From an uncultured Gammaproteobacteria bacterium (GTDB taxonomy: Bacteria; Pseudomonadota; Gammaproteobacteria; UBA6002), in contig CAVPKM010000010.1 in NCBI GenBank assembly GCA_963705725.1, positions 12,264 to 76,263 of the forward strand: 64,000 bases of DNA, written 5' to 3'. Below the pieces are notes generated by a model. That model was not told where the DNA came from. It made no database searches and worked only from the letters and a program-made list of their open reading frames with translations. The position numbers were made by a program, and so were the translations under genes. Position 1 is the first letter of the stretch, and each line of letters begins with the position of its first letter. Shown piece after piece: positions 29,755 through 39,783 of this stretch.

Positions 29755-29959
29755 TTTTTTTATAAATAGACCTTCTTATCAAGAGAAGAAAATTTCTATC
29801 GATTTAAATACGTTAGCCTTATCCTTTACTGTAAACTTAAAAACTATTTTGCAAGCTATCCCAACTTCTGAAGAGCGAATGGCGCTGCTTGAAAAAATTG
29901 AATTAGATATCTTAAATGAATTAAGAGAATTATCTCATGAAAAGCAGGAACTTGCATAA
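29720..29959 (+). pseudogene. Probable frameshifted C-terminal continuation of the CDPS
   Basis: 79 sense codons open in the +1 frame (RLEKKKESQPTNFF...EKQELA*), with no good start, filling the gap to the kinase. Confidence 0.5.
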
Positions 29960-29994
29960 AAGCTGTTGCTATTTTATCAAATGGAATTTGAATA

Positions 29995-30286
29995 ATGCAT
30001 AAAAAATACGATCTCAAAAAAAAAGTAATAACTTTAGAAAAAATTATTTCATTGTTGCCTGGACATATTTATTGGAAGGATATGAATGGTGTTTATCTTG
30101 GTTGTAACTATTATCAAGCAAAATCTTTAGGATTCGAATCTATTGCTGAAATTATAGGGAAAACAGACTACGAGTTACCTTGGAGAGAACAAGCAGATGA
30201 ATTAGTACGAATAGATAAGAAAATAATAGCTACAAAGCAAGCTATTAAGACAGAGGAATTCGTAGTCCTACCAGATGGAAAAAAGG
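29995..30286 (+). pseudogene. PAS sensor histidine kinase, 5' part (PAS) interrupted by IS66
   Basis: LPGHIYWKD...YLGCN...IIGKTDYELPW PAS motif. Confidence 0.9.
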
Positions 30287-30363
30287 GTATCCGCTAATTT
30301 AACCACCCACTTATGCTATAACGTAAGTTCTTGCATACTCCTGTTTTTTTAAAGGAGTAGCGC

Positions 30364-30717
30364 ATGACAGCAACCCATAATTCGCCTTCTCAAAAAACTC
30401 TGGCATTAAATATGGAAAAATGGCGATCAATAATTACAGATTGGGAATTAAGCAAAGAAAGTCAAAAAAAATATTGTGAGCGGTTAGGGATAAGTTTAAA
30501 TACTTTTACGCATGCCCGTAGCAAGTTAATTCGAGATAAAAAAATAAAACCCGCGTTTATTCCTCTCTCTTTGAATCCAATCGAGATTCAAAATTCTTCG
30601 AGCATTAATACCGTGATTATTGAAAACCCGAAGGGATTTAAACTCCATGTTTCATCAGAATTATCGTTAGATCGTTTAGTGAAAATTTTTAAATTATGTG
30701 GGTGGTTAAATGCTTAA
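30364..30717 (+). CDS. tnpA: IS66 TnpA
   Basis: W...I..W..S..SQKKYC..LGIS HTH, AFIPL; first IS66 ORF. Confidence 0.9.
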   Translation: MTATHNSPSQKTLALNMEKWRSIITDWELSKESQKKYCERLGISLNTFTHARSKLIRDKKIKPAFIPLSLNPIEIQNSSSINTVIIENPKGFKLHVSSELSLDRLVKIFKLCGWLNA

Positions 30718-31066
30718 GTTACGAGACGAAGTAAAAATTTATGTGAGCATGGAGCCTATAGATGCGAGAAAAAGCATTGATAGTTTATGTATCCTTATTG
30801 TCGAAAATTTTAAGGATAATCCACAATGTGGGAGCCTCTTTATTTTTTTTAATAAATCACGAGATAAAGTAAAAATTATTTGGTGGGATGCAAATGGTTT
30901 TATTCTACATTACAAGCGCCTTGAAAAAGGACGCTTTGTTCTGCCAAAATTAAGTGGAATTGATAAACTAGAAATTTCACAAACTCAGCTTCACGGTTTA
31001 TTGGCAGGTTTAGATTTCTCACTCATGCGCCATTTTCCTGAAATAAATTATTATCAATATGCATAA
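30710..31066 (+). CDS. tnpB: IS66 TnpB
   Basis: Identical protein to 938..1294. Confidence 0.95.
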   Translation: MLKLRDEVKIYVSMEPIDARKSIDSLCILIVENFKDNPQCGSLFIFFNKSRDKVKIIWWDANGFILHYKRLEKGRFVLPKLSGIDKLEISQTQLHGLLAGLDFSLMRHFPEINYYQYA

Positions 31067-31106
31067 AACAGTGAGGCATAGTGGAAAATTATAGTATCAT
31101 GTCTCC

Positions 31107-32654
31107 ATGGATAGATCTCATGAATTACAAGCGATATCAAAAGAAGAATTAATTAAAATAATTCAACAAAAAAACACCCTCCTTTTTGAACAAGCAAAAC
31201 AAATTCAATTTTTAGAAGAGCAAATTCTTGCCTATCGACTTCGCCAATTTGCCAATAAATCCGAGAAAATTAATCCTAATCAAATTTCTCTTTTTGATGA
31301 GGCGGTATTGCCTAAATCAGAAGAGAAAATCTTATCACAAGAAGAAGTCATCACGGTTGCTTCTTATACTAAAAGTAAGCAGGTAGGGAGAAGAGCACTA
31401 CCTGCAGAATTATTTCGTATACCTCGAATCTATGATTTATCTGAAGATGAAAAAATTTGTCAATGCGGTTGTGCATTAACTCACATTAAAGATGAAAAAA
31501 GCGAGCAACTCGAAATTATTCCAGCAAAAATTTATGTCATCGAGCATATCAGAAAAAAATATGCCTGCAAAAAATGTCAAGAAACCATTAAGCTAGCAAA
31601 ACAACCTGCTGCACCTATTCCAAGGAGTATTGCAGCAAGTGGATTATTAAGTCACGTATTGGTTTCAAAATTTCAAGATCACTTGCCGCTATTTCGCCAA
31701 GAAAAAATATTAAAACGCATTGGTGTGGATATTCCTCGAGCCACATTATGTTTATGGGTGATCAAGTGTGCTGAACTTTTGCTGCCGATTTTAAAACTAA
31801 TGCATGATCGAATATTAACTTATGATATTGCTTATGTTGATGAAACCACATTGCAAGTTATTAAAGAACAGAATAAAAGTATAAAAAGTAAAAAATACAT
31901 GTGGCTTTATTCAGGCGGACCCAAAGCACAATTTGTTTATTACTACCAATATCATCCTTCACGCTCACACGAAGTCGCCGATGCTTTTTTTGCGGATTTT
32001 TCAGGCTACTTACACTGTGATGGCTTCATTGGGTATGACACATTAGCGGGAAAAAGAAAAACGATAAAACTGGTTGGCTGTTGGTATCACGCGAGACGAA
32101 AATTTATTGAAGTTACAAAGCTCATGCCAAATAAAGAAGGGGTGGCTTGGCATATTGTTAAACTCATTGCAAAACTCAGCGTGATTGAAGAAGAAATAAA
32201 AATCTTATCTGCTGCAGAAAAACAGGCTATTCGACAAGCGAAATCGAAAGTGATTATCAATGAAATACAGGATTATCTCATCAAACATCAATCTATTATT
32301 CCACCAAAAAGTTTATTAGGAGAAGCGGTAGGTTATACACTCAATCAATGGCCAAAATTATTAAGATTTCTTGATGATGGACGTCTCGATATTAGTAATA
32401 ATCTTTCTGAGCGAGGCATTAAACCTTTTGTAATCGGCAGAAAAGGTTGGCTCTTTGCTGATAGTGTGGCTGGCGCTCATGCAGCAGCAACAATTTTTAG
32501 CATCATTGAAACTTGCAAGTATCATCAGGTTGAGCCTTATGATTATTTGCGATATGTGCTTGATGTCATACCTCGATGCAACACGATTGAAGATTACGAA
32601 AAACTCCTTCCTTATAATATTGATCGAGCACTGCTGGTTAGCCAAGTGCGCTGA
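31107..32654 (+). CDS. tnpC: IS66 transposase TnpC
   Basis: Identical protein to 1335..2882. Confidence 0.96.
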   Translation: MDRSHELQAISKEELIKIIQQKNTLLFEQAKQIQFLEEQILAYRLRQFANKSEKINPNQISLFDEAVLPKSEEKILSQEEVITVASYTKSKQVGRRALPAELFRIPRIYDLSEDEKICQCGCALTHIKDEKSEQLEIIPAKIYVIEHIRKKYACKKCQETIKLAKQPAAPIPRSIAASGLLSHVLVSKFQDHLPLFRQEKILKRIGVDIPRATLCLWVIKCAELLLPILKLMHDRILTYDIAYVDETTLQVIKEQNKSIKSKKYMWLYSGGPKAQFVYYYQYHPSRSHEVADAFFADFSGYLHCDGFIGYDTLAGKRKTIKLVGCWYHARRKFIEVTKLMPNKEGVAWHIVKLIAKLSVIEEEIKILSAAEKQAIRQAKSKVIINEIQDYLIKHQSIIPPKSLLGEAVGYTLNQWPKLLRFLDDGRLDISNNLSERGIKPFVIGRKGWLFADSVAGAHAAATIFSIIETCKYHQVEPYDYLRYVLDVIPRCNTIEDYEKLLPYNIDRALLVSQVR

Positions 32655-32684
32655 GGGGCTGATTAATTAGCGGATACAAAAAGG

Positions 32685-33201
32685 CAACTTTCTTATCGAT
32701 TAAACATCCTTTATGTGACGATGATGATAATGTTATTGGTATTTTAGGAGTTTCTTTTGATATTACTGATCGAAAGCAAATGGAGAGTGAATTAATACGA
32801 ACAAAAGAACAGGCTGAAATAGCAAATAAAGCAAAAACCGAATTTTTAGAAAACATGCGCCATGATATCCGTACGCCATTGACTGGCATCACGGGATTTG
32901 CATCAATCATCGCTGATGAATCCAAAGACCTAAAAATTAAAGAGTATGCAGAAAACTTGGTCTCTTCTAGCTATGCACTCAATGATTTATTAAATGAAAT
33001 TTTAGAAGTAATTAAAATTGGATCCAATGAAATTCCAATGCTAAAGAAAAAATTTAATTTCAATGATAAATTGTCTAATATCATCAAGCTGTTAAACGCT
33101 AAAGCTTTACAAAAGCAGCTTCAGCTGACATTGGACTATGATGACAGGATTCCTACTTATCTTCTAGGAGACTCCACTCGAATACATCGCATTGTTTTAG
33201 A
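32685..33201 (+). pseudogene. PAS sensor histidine kinase, 3' part (PAC-HisKA), truncated by IS256 at the N-box
   Basis: Removing IS66 and one TSD restores PDGKKATFLSIKHPL...GVSFDITDRK; H-box FLENMRHDIRTPL; ends at GDSTRIHRIVLE. Confidence 0.9.
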
Positions 33202-34716
33202 GAGGCTGTAAAATTTTTTGTGTAACTGGATTTAGTCAGTATAAACTAACTGAAACAAGGAGTACTGACTATGGCGACAAAACTCACTTCATTTGATCCG
33301 CAAATGATAGATAATTTGATTAAGGACTGCAAAACCCAAGAAGATATGTTTGGCGAAGGAGGTCTTCTGAAAAACTTGACGAAGGCACTTTTGGAAAGGG
33401 CCATGCAAGGAGAGATGAGCAGCCACTTGGGCTACGAGAAAAATGAGGCTAAAGGTAAGAATAGCGGCAATTCTCGAAATGGATATTCAGAAAAAACTTT
33501 AAAGGGCGAAAATGGCGAATTTACTATCCAGGTACCCAGAGATCGAAATGCAGATTTTTCTCCCCAGATTGTTGCTAAGAACCAAACGCGTTTTGAAGGG
33601 TTTGATGACAAAATCATCAGCCTTTATGCGAGAGGGATGACGACACGTGATATACAGGGGCAATTGCAAGAGCTCTATGGGGTAGAAGTCTCTCCTACTT
33701 TCATTTCCAATGTGACCAACGAAGTCATTGAGGAAGTGAAAACTTGGCAGTGTCGTCCCTGATAAACTTTATCCCATTGTTTACTTTGATGCCTTAATGA
33801 TCAAAGTTAAAGAAGATAAGCGAGTGATTAACAAAGCCTTTTATCTTGCTTTGGGTGTAGATCTTGAAGGGCAAAAAGAATTACTGGGAATTTGGATTAG
33901 CCAAACGGAAAGTTCAAAATTTTGGCTCAATGTGTTATCTGAATTGCAGCATCGTGGTGTGGGAGATATTTTGATTGCTTGCGTTGATGGCCTTACGGGC
34001 TTTCCTGATGCCATTTCAACGGTATTTCCCAAGACCCAGGTTCAACTTTGCATTGTTCATATGATTCGAAATTCACTACGCTATGTTCCTTGGAAAAGCC
34101 GTAAGCAAGTGGCGGCGGATTTAAAAACGATTTATGGCGCAAAGACACTCGATGAAGCCGAATTATGTCTCGCTACTTTTTCCGAGAAGTGGGACGAGCA
34201 TTACCCTTCTATCAGTAAAAGCTGGCTGACTCACTGGGAAAATGTCACGCCTTTTTTTGGCTACTCTTCTGAAATTCGTCGCGCGATTTATACTACGAAT
34301 GCAGTTGAATCCGTGAATATGAGCCTTCGGAAGGTTATTAAAAGTAAGCGCGTTTTTCCTTCGGATGATGCGGCTTTGAAGCAGCTATATTTAGCGCTTA
34401 AAAATATTTCAAAAAAATGGACAATGCCAATACGAAATTGGGGTGATGCCATGAATCGTTTTATGATCCTGTTCGAAGACAGGCTAAAAGGAGCGATTTA
34501 GTTTAAGAACTGATTTAAAATTTTGTGCCTTCGATCGCCTGTGGATATATGCACAAACTGACTCGTTGCACTCGTCAGTATTGCGCACATACCCACAGGC
34601 ACAATAATTTTATTTGTTTATTTAAAAAATTTTTGTTATTTTAATTTCGCTATCTGGAATTCGGTAGCAAAAAATCTGCTGACTCAACCTGCTTACACAA
34701 AATTATTTACGCTACC
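33202..34716 (+). mobile_element. IS256-family element, copy 1 (1515 bp)
   Basis: Imperfect IRs GAGGCTGTAAAATTTTTTGTGTAA / TTACACAAAATTATTTACGCTACC; inverted copy at 39774..41288; no TSD. Confidence 0.93.
33271..34501 (+). pseudogene. IS256 transposase split by a +1 frameshift at CCC-TGA
   Basis: RNGY, VPRDR, GMTTRDI in ORF1; the +1 frame continues DKLYPIVYFDA...DGLTG...QLCIVH...YTTNAVES. Confidence 0.9.
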
Positions 34717-34767
34717 TATATTTTAGGTCATACACAAGTTTTTCTCAGGAAAAAATTGAATTAAGGG

Positions 34768-35304
34768 ATGATCATGCCAAAAAGATTTGTTATGACAGGT
34801 GCGATGGGAAGTGGTAAATCGACTATTTTAAAGTTGCTGCAATCTACCGGCTTGGCTGTGATTGAAGAACCAGCGAGACAAATATTAGCTGAGCAACGCA
34901 GCATCGGTGATGATGGTGTACCAGAAAAAAATCCTAAATATTTTTTACAACTCATGTTATCCCGTGCAATCTACCAATTTAAGCAAACTCAAGAGCTAGA
35001 TGGGAACGTGATCTACGATAGGGGAGTCCCAGATATGTTAGCGTATTTTCATCTATTCAGTATGAGTTATCCTCCGGCGCAACAAGCCTCAAAATTATTT
35101 AGATATGAACCCAAGGTTTTTTTCTTCCCAGCATGGAAAGAGATATATACAACTGATGACGAAAGAAAAATGTCATTTGAATTAGCACAAGATTTTGGAA
35201 TGAAAGTCCAAGAAATTTATAGTGACTATGGTTATACGCTAATCAATGTACCCTGCGTATCGCCAGAAGAGCGTGTTCAATTTATTATCGAGAGATTGAG
35301 TTAA
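34768..35304 (+). CDS. AAA_28/NadR-like P-loop ATPase
   Basis: MTGAMGSGKST, EPAR, YDRGVPD and IYTTDDER motifs. Confidence 0.85.
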   Translation: MIMPKRFVMTGAMGSGKSTILKLLQSTGLAVIEEPARQILAEQRSIGDDGVPEKNPKYFLQLMLSRAIYQFKQTQELDGNVIYDRGVPDMLAYFHLFSMSYPPAQQASKLFRYEPKVFFFPAWKEIYTTDDERKMSFELAQDFGMKVQEIYSDYGYTLINVPCVSPEERVQFIIERLS

Positions 35305-35308
35305 TAAA

Positions 35309-35452
35309 ATGATTGAAAAGGTCAAAATGAAAAAATTGGTTGTTCTATCTGGTGCGTCTTCCGGCGGAAAAGCAACGCTATTATCCGAATTGTTTTTTGG
35401 GAAGCTAAAGCCAATGATTAAATTTTTCGTTACTGCATTATTAGGTGGGTAA
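35309..35452 (+). pseudogene. N-terminal stub of a second P-loop ATPase
   Basis: MKKLVVLSGASSGGKATLLSEL followed by unrelated sequence and a stop. Confidence 0.5.
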
Positions 35453-35454
35453 CA

Positions 35455-36636
35455 GTGTCATCATTGAATCAACATGATATTTCTAAAAAGACAGCACTTA
35501 AGTTTGTTATTTTATTAAGCGTGGTCAGTCTATTTGCCGATATGACTTATGAAGGTGCGCGCAGTATTACTGGACCTTATTTAGCAATATTAGGTGCCAA
35601 TGCTGCAATTGTAGGTTTTGTTGCCGGCTTCGGTGAATTTGCCGGATATGCGTTGCGCATTGTGTCTGGATATCTCGCCGATCGCACAGGTAAATATTGG
35701 GCTATCACGATAATCGGTTATGTCTGTAATTTACTTGCAGTTCCATTGTTAGCATTAGCTGGATATTGGTGGATAGCGACGGTTTTAATTGTCCTTGAGC
35801 GAACAGGCAGAGCTATTCGTGTGCCACCGCGTGATGCCATGCTCTCTCATGCTGGGCAAAAAATGGGGATGGGATGGGTCTTTGGATTACATGAGGCAAT
35901 TGACCAAATAGGCGCGATGATGGGCCCATTAATTGTCGCATTTGTACTTTATTCCAAAGGAGGATACAGAGAAAGCTTCGCGGTACTTTTGGTACCAGCA
36001 TTAATTGCGCTAACAATATTAATATTTGCACGATGGCTCTATCCAAAACCACAAGCTTTGGAAGTACAGCATGATAATTTTGAAGCTAAAGGAATGAATT
36101 TTTCATTTTGGCTTTATCTAACGGGCGCATCGCTAATTGCAGCAGGGTATGCAGATTTTCCTTTGATTGCGTTTCATTTTCAAAAAACAGCAATATTATC
36201 GCCCATCTGGATCCCTGTATCTTATGCAATCGCAATGGGTCTGAATTCATTATCTGCGCCTCTTTTCGGACATTTTTATGATAGAAAAGGTTTTGTAATT
36301 TTAATTATAGTAACGATTGCTTCATGTCTTTTTGCTCCTCTGGTATTTTTAGGGAATGCTACAACGGCATTTTTTGGCGTTGCTTTATGGAGTATCGGCG
36401 TAGGCGCGCATGAGTCATTAATGCGTGCGATTGTCGCAAATATGGTACCAATGAACAGACGCGGTTCTGCCTATGGAATATTTAATACTGGATATGGCAT
36501 TTGCTGGTTTTTAGGTAGCTTTTTGATGGGTATCATCTATGATGTGTCTATTCCTGCATTAGTTGTTTTTTCAATTCTCATTCAATTATTAGCCGTACCA
36601 ATATTATGGATAGTAATGAAAAAAATTAAAAAATAG
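35455..36636 (+). CDS. MFS transporter
   Basis: About 12 TM helices; GYLADRTG and GHFYDRKG motif A. Confidence 0.92.
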   Translation: MSSLNQHDISKKTALKFVILLSVVSLFADMTYEGARSITGPYLAILGANAAIVGFVAGFGEFAGYALRIVSGYLADRTGKYWAITIIGYVCNLLAVPLLALAGYWWIATVLIVLERTGRAIRVPPRDAMLSHAGQKMGMGWVFGLHEAIDQIGAMMGPLIVAFVLYSKGGYRESFAVLLVPALIALTILIFARWLYPKPQALEVQHDNFEAKGMNFSFWLYLTGASLIAAGYADFPLIAFHFQKTAILSPIWIPVSYAIAMGLNSLSAPLFGHFYDRKGFVILIIVTIASCLFAPLVFLGNATTAFFGVALWSIGVGAHESLMRAIVANMVPMNRRGSAYGIFNTGYGICWFLGSFLMGIIYDVSIPALVVFSILIQLLAVPILWIVMKKIKK

Positions 36637-36966
36637 TTGTATTAGCTAAAACGCACCGACGATCTCTAACTTATAACTGTAGACTCCTTTTGCTGCACCT
36701 GTTGGCCCTATTGCCGAACTCTTCTTTTGCAGGTTGAACTTGACTTTGGCGAATGAAAATGAGTAGAGGTTATATTTGTTAAATTGTAGTAGGAAATACT
36801 ACAACGTAGTACTATTTCTGATAACCTCATGACATGGAGAAAAGCTAATCTAGTTTTATAACCCCAGCTCGTTGAAGACGTATACAGAGGAAAGAACTCT
36901 AAAAACGGAAAATCAGCAAGTTGAAGTTCTCTTAAATTAGGCGGTTATTTAAGTTAAAACTCATAT

Positions 36967-36987
36967 AACCCCCTTTAAAAGGGGGTT
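36967..36987. promoter_or_regulatory. Putative AbiEi operator inverted repeat
   Basis: AACCCCCTTT-A-AAAGGGGGTT ending about 20 bp before the abiEi start. Confidence 0.55.
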
Positions 36988-37008
36988 TAGATAGAGTATA
37001 ATTACAGC

Positions 37009-37812
37009 ATGGATATAAACGCTAAAGATTACATTGATCAGCTGACAGCGCGGGGTGAGATTTCCTTCACTACGCAAACAATGCGTGATGCAATGGGTGT
37101 AACAATAAAAGCCGTCGAAAGAGCGATTTATCGCCTAAGAAAAAAAGGTGAAATTGCAAACATTGCGAAAGGTTATTACCTTATTCTGACACCTGAATTT
37201 CGTAAATTAGGTTGCTTGCCGCCAGATTATTTTATCGATGATCTCATGCAACATTGGCAACAAAACTATTATGTTGGTTTACTAAGCGCTGCTCTTTATT
37301 TTGGTGCTGCGCATCAACAACCCCAAGTATTTCAAGTAGTGACAGACCAGTATAGACGCGCCATCCGGTGTGGACATGTCAAAATTGAGTTTTTCACCAA
37401 AAAAAACATCTCAGATACACCTACTAGGCAACTAAAAACCCATACAGGAATGATGAATGTTTCTACCCCGGAAGCAACTATGATGGATTTATGTGTGCTT
37501 CTTAGACGTAGTGGAGGATTAAGTCATGTGGCAACGGTTCTCGATGAATTGGCAGAATCGGCTAATCCTGAAGATTTAAAAAAATTGCTGGGAAAAAACA
37601 ATGAGCTGACCTGGATGCAAAGGTTAGGCTATTTATTGGAACAATTAGGCCGGGATGAATTAGCAGAAGTTTTATATCAGCATATAAAAGATCAAGAAAC
37701 AAATATTGTTCCGTTAGTGCCTTATTATTCAATGCGAGGTGCTGAGCGTAATACAAAATGGCGAATTGCCATTAATGCAGTGATGGAGAGTGATGTACAT
37801 GATACCGATTAA
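37009..37812 (+). CDS. abiEi: Type IV TA antitoxin AbiEi family
   Basis: N-terminal wHTH (KGYY), YYVGLLSAALYFGAAHQQPQVFQV, STPEATMMDL and QRLGYLL motifs. Confidence 0.88.
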   Translation: MDINAKDYIDQLTARGEISFTTQTMRDAMGVTIKAVERAIYRLRKKGEIANIAKGYYLILTPEFRKLGCLPPDYFIDDLMQHWQQNYYVGLLSAALYFGAAHQQPQVFQVVTDQYRRAIRCGHVKIEFFTKKNISDTPTRQLKTHTGMMNVSTPEATMMDLCVLLRRSGGLSHVATVLDELAESANPEDLKKLLGKNNELTWMQRLGYLLEQLGRDELAEVLYQHIKDQETNIVPLVPYYSMRGAERNTKWRIAINAVMESDVHDTD

Positions 37813-38626
37813 TATGATTAAAGAATGGCGGCAGCAAGCCCCATGGGTTTACCAATCACAAGTTGAGCAAGATCTTATACTCAGTCGAGCGTTGATTGCG
37901 CTTTATCAAGATGAACTTATACAAAAGACGCTTAGCTTTAGAGGTGGTACTGCGCTTAATAAACTTTTTATTAAACCACCAGCAAGATACAGCGAAGATC
38001 TCGATTTTGTTCAAGTGAACGATGAACCTATCGGTCATATTTTAACAGCTGTGAGAAAAGCATTAGATCCTTGGTTAGGAGCAGCTCGATGGAAACAGGG
38101 GCCTCGTTCAGTTAAATTAATATATCGTTTTCAATCGGAAGATAATCCTCCTGTTCCGCTACGTTTAAAGATTGAAATTAATACCACCGAATTTTTTACT
38201 CTCTATGGTTATCAAAATCATGATTATGGGATTGAAAGCCGATGGTTTACAGGACGAGCCAATATAAAAACTTACCAATTAGAAGAATTGATGGGAACAA
38301 AGTTGCGTGCGCTTTATCAACGATTGAAAGGACGCGATTTATTTGATTTATGGCTAGGCATTACTCAATTAAATATGGATTGCGAAAAGGTGATTGATGT
38401 ATTTGGCCAGTATAATAAGTCTAACAATATTATTATTAGCCGTGCTGAATTTGAAAAAAATTTAATACCAAAAATGAAAGTTCATGAATTCATTGGTGAT
38501 GTTAAAGCACTATTATCAGGCGATATAAATTGGGAACCGGAACACGCTTATTTATCTGTTATGGATAAATTGATTGCAAGATTGCCTGGTCAGCCATGGA
38601 AAGACTTAAATGCTTCGAGTAAATAA
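37790..38626 (+). CDS. abiEii: Type IV TA toxin, AbiEii nucleotidyltransferase
   Basis: EQDL, FRGGTALNK, RYSEDLDF, KIEIN and KLRALYQR.KGRDLFDL motifs. Confidence 0.92.
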   Translation: MMYMIPINMIKEWRQQAPWVYQSQVEQDLILSRALIALYQDELIQKTLSFRGGTALNKLFIKPPARYSEDLDFVQVNDEPIGHILTAVRKALDPWLGAARWKQGPRSVKLIYRFQSEDNPPVPLRLKIEINTTEFFTLYGYQNHDYGIESRWFTGRANIKTYQLEELMGTKLRALYQRLKGRDLFDLWLGITQLNMDCEKVIDVFGQYNKSNNIIISRAEFEKNLIPKMKVHEFIGDVKALLSGDINWEPEHAYLSVMDKLIARLPGQPWKDLNASSK

Positions 38627-38661
38627 GAATTTTTTATTTCGCGAGTAGAGAGAGGTGATTA

Positions 38662-39783
38662 ATGTTAAGTGAAACTTCACAGCCAAAACCAAAAACAAGG
38701 AAGGAAAGTGAAATTTGGCATGCATGTAAATCGCTATGGGAAGATGGCGTTAATGTGGAGCAAATGACAGGGCTTGCTATTGGTGATCGTTTAGAAAAAC
38801 TAGGCTTTAAACGCGGCAGTAATACTGACATACACCGATTTAAAAAATCATGGATGGTGGAGCATAAAATCGATCAATTGATTAATAATAGTGATTATGA
38901 ATTGAATAGCAATTTATCGAGTCCAATAGCATTAGCTGTTAATAAGGTAGAAAAAGAACTCACTCGACAATTACAAGAAAAACAATCCAAGATTGAATCC
39001 GATGCAAAACAAAAAATTGTAACAGCACAAGAGCAATGTGAGCGATTGAATATAGAATTAAATGATGCACGTAAAACCATTGTAAATTTAGAAGAGCAGA
39101 TATCACAACTCAAATTACAAATAAATAAACTTGAAATGAGTGTTAATCATGAACGCGAACAGAAATTAATTTATGAAACACGTTTTAATGATTTAGAAAA
39201 TTATTATCAGCAATTAATAAAAGATACTGAAAATCGGGTTAAGGATCTAAATGAAGTCAATCAAAAAAATGTTGAAATTTTGCAGGCGAATATAAAAAAT
39301 ATAATGCATCAGCATCAAGACGATGTTAATAATTATAAAAAAATATTTGAAAATGAAAAGCTGCAATATATTTCAAACATTGATTATCTGAAGCAAATAA
39401 TTGATGGTTTGGAAAAAATAAATTATGAAAAAGAGCAGTCTAACACGAAATATCTAATGGAAAATGAAAAAATTCTAGAGGAAAATAAATTTTCGCAAGA
39501 AGATAATTTACAGATAAAAATACAATTATCAAATGTAGAAAAAAATTCGCAAGCCATACAGGAATCAATAGCTCACAAAAATGGAGAGATTAAGCAACTT
39601 ACTGATCTAATTAATCAAAAAGAAAGTCACATTTATGAATTGCATCAAAAAATAATTCACGCTGACTATCAGAATACGGTGTTACAAACACAACTGGATA
39701 AAGCCAAGGAAGAGATTAATCAAATTAAAAGCCAGCATGATATGCAGATAAGAAAACTTAACGCTAATGCTGAGGTAGCGTAA
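38662..39783 (+). CDS. KfrA-like DNA-binding coiled-coil protein, 3' end cut by IS256
   Basis: N-terminal RGSNTDIHRFKKSW helix motif, long coiled coil; stop codon lies inside the IS end. Confidence 0.6.
   Translation: MLSETSQPKPKTRKESEIWHACKSLWEDGVNVEQMTGLAIGDRLEKLGFKRGSNTDIHRFKKSWMVEHKIDQLINNSDYELNSNLSSPIALAVNKVEKELTRQLQEKQSKIESDAKQKIVTAQEQCERLNIELNDARKTIVNLEEQISQLKLQINKLEMSVNHEREQKLIYETRFNDLENYYQQLIKDTENRVKDLNEVNQKNVEILQANIKNIMHQHQDDVNNYKKIFENEKLQYISNIDYLKQIIDGLEKINYEKEQSNTKYLMENEKILEENKFSQEDNLQIKIQLSNVEKNSQAIQESIAHKNGEIKQLTDLINQKESHIYELHQKIIHADYQNTVLQTQLDKAKEEINQIKSQHDMQIRKLNANAEVA

Larger units (their letters stand above)
30287..32677 (+). mobile_element. IS66-family insertion sequence, copy 2 (intact)
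   Basis: Same IRs as copy 1; direct repeat AAAAAGG at 30280..30286 and 32678..32684. Confidence 0.97.
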
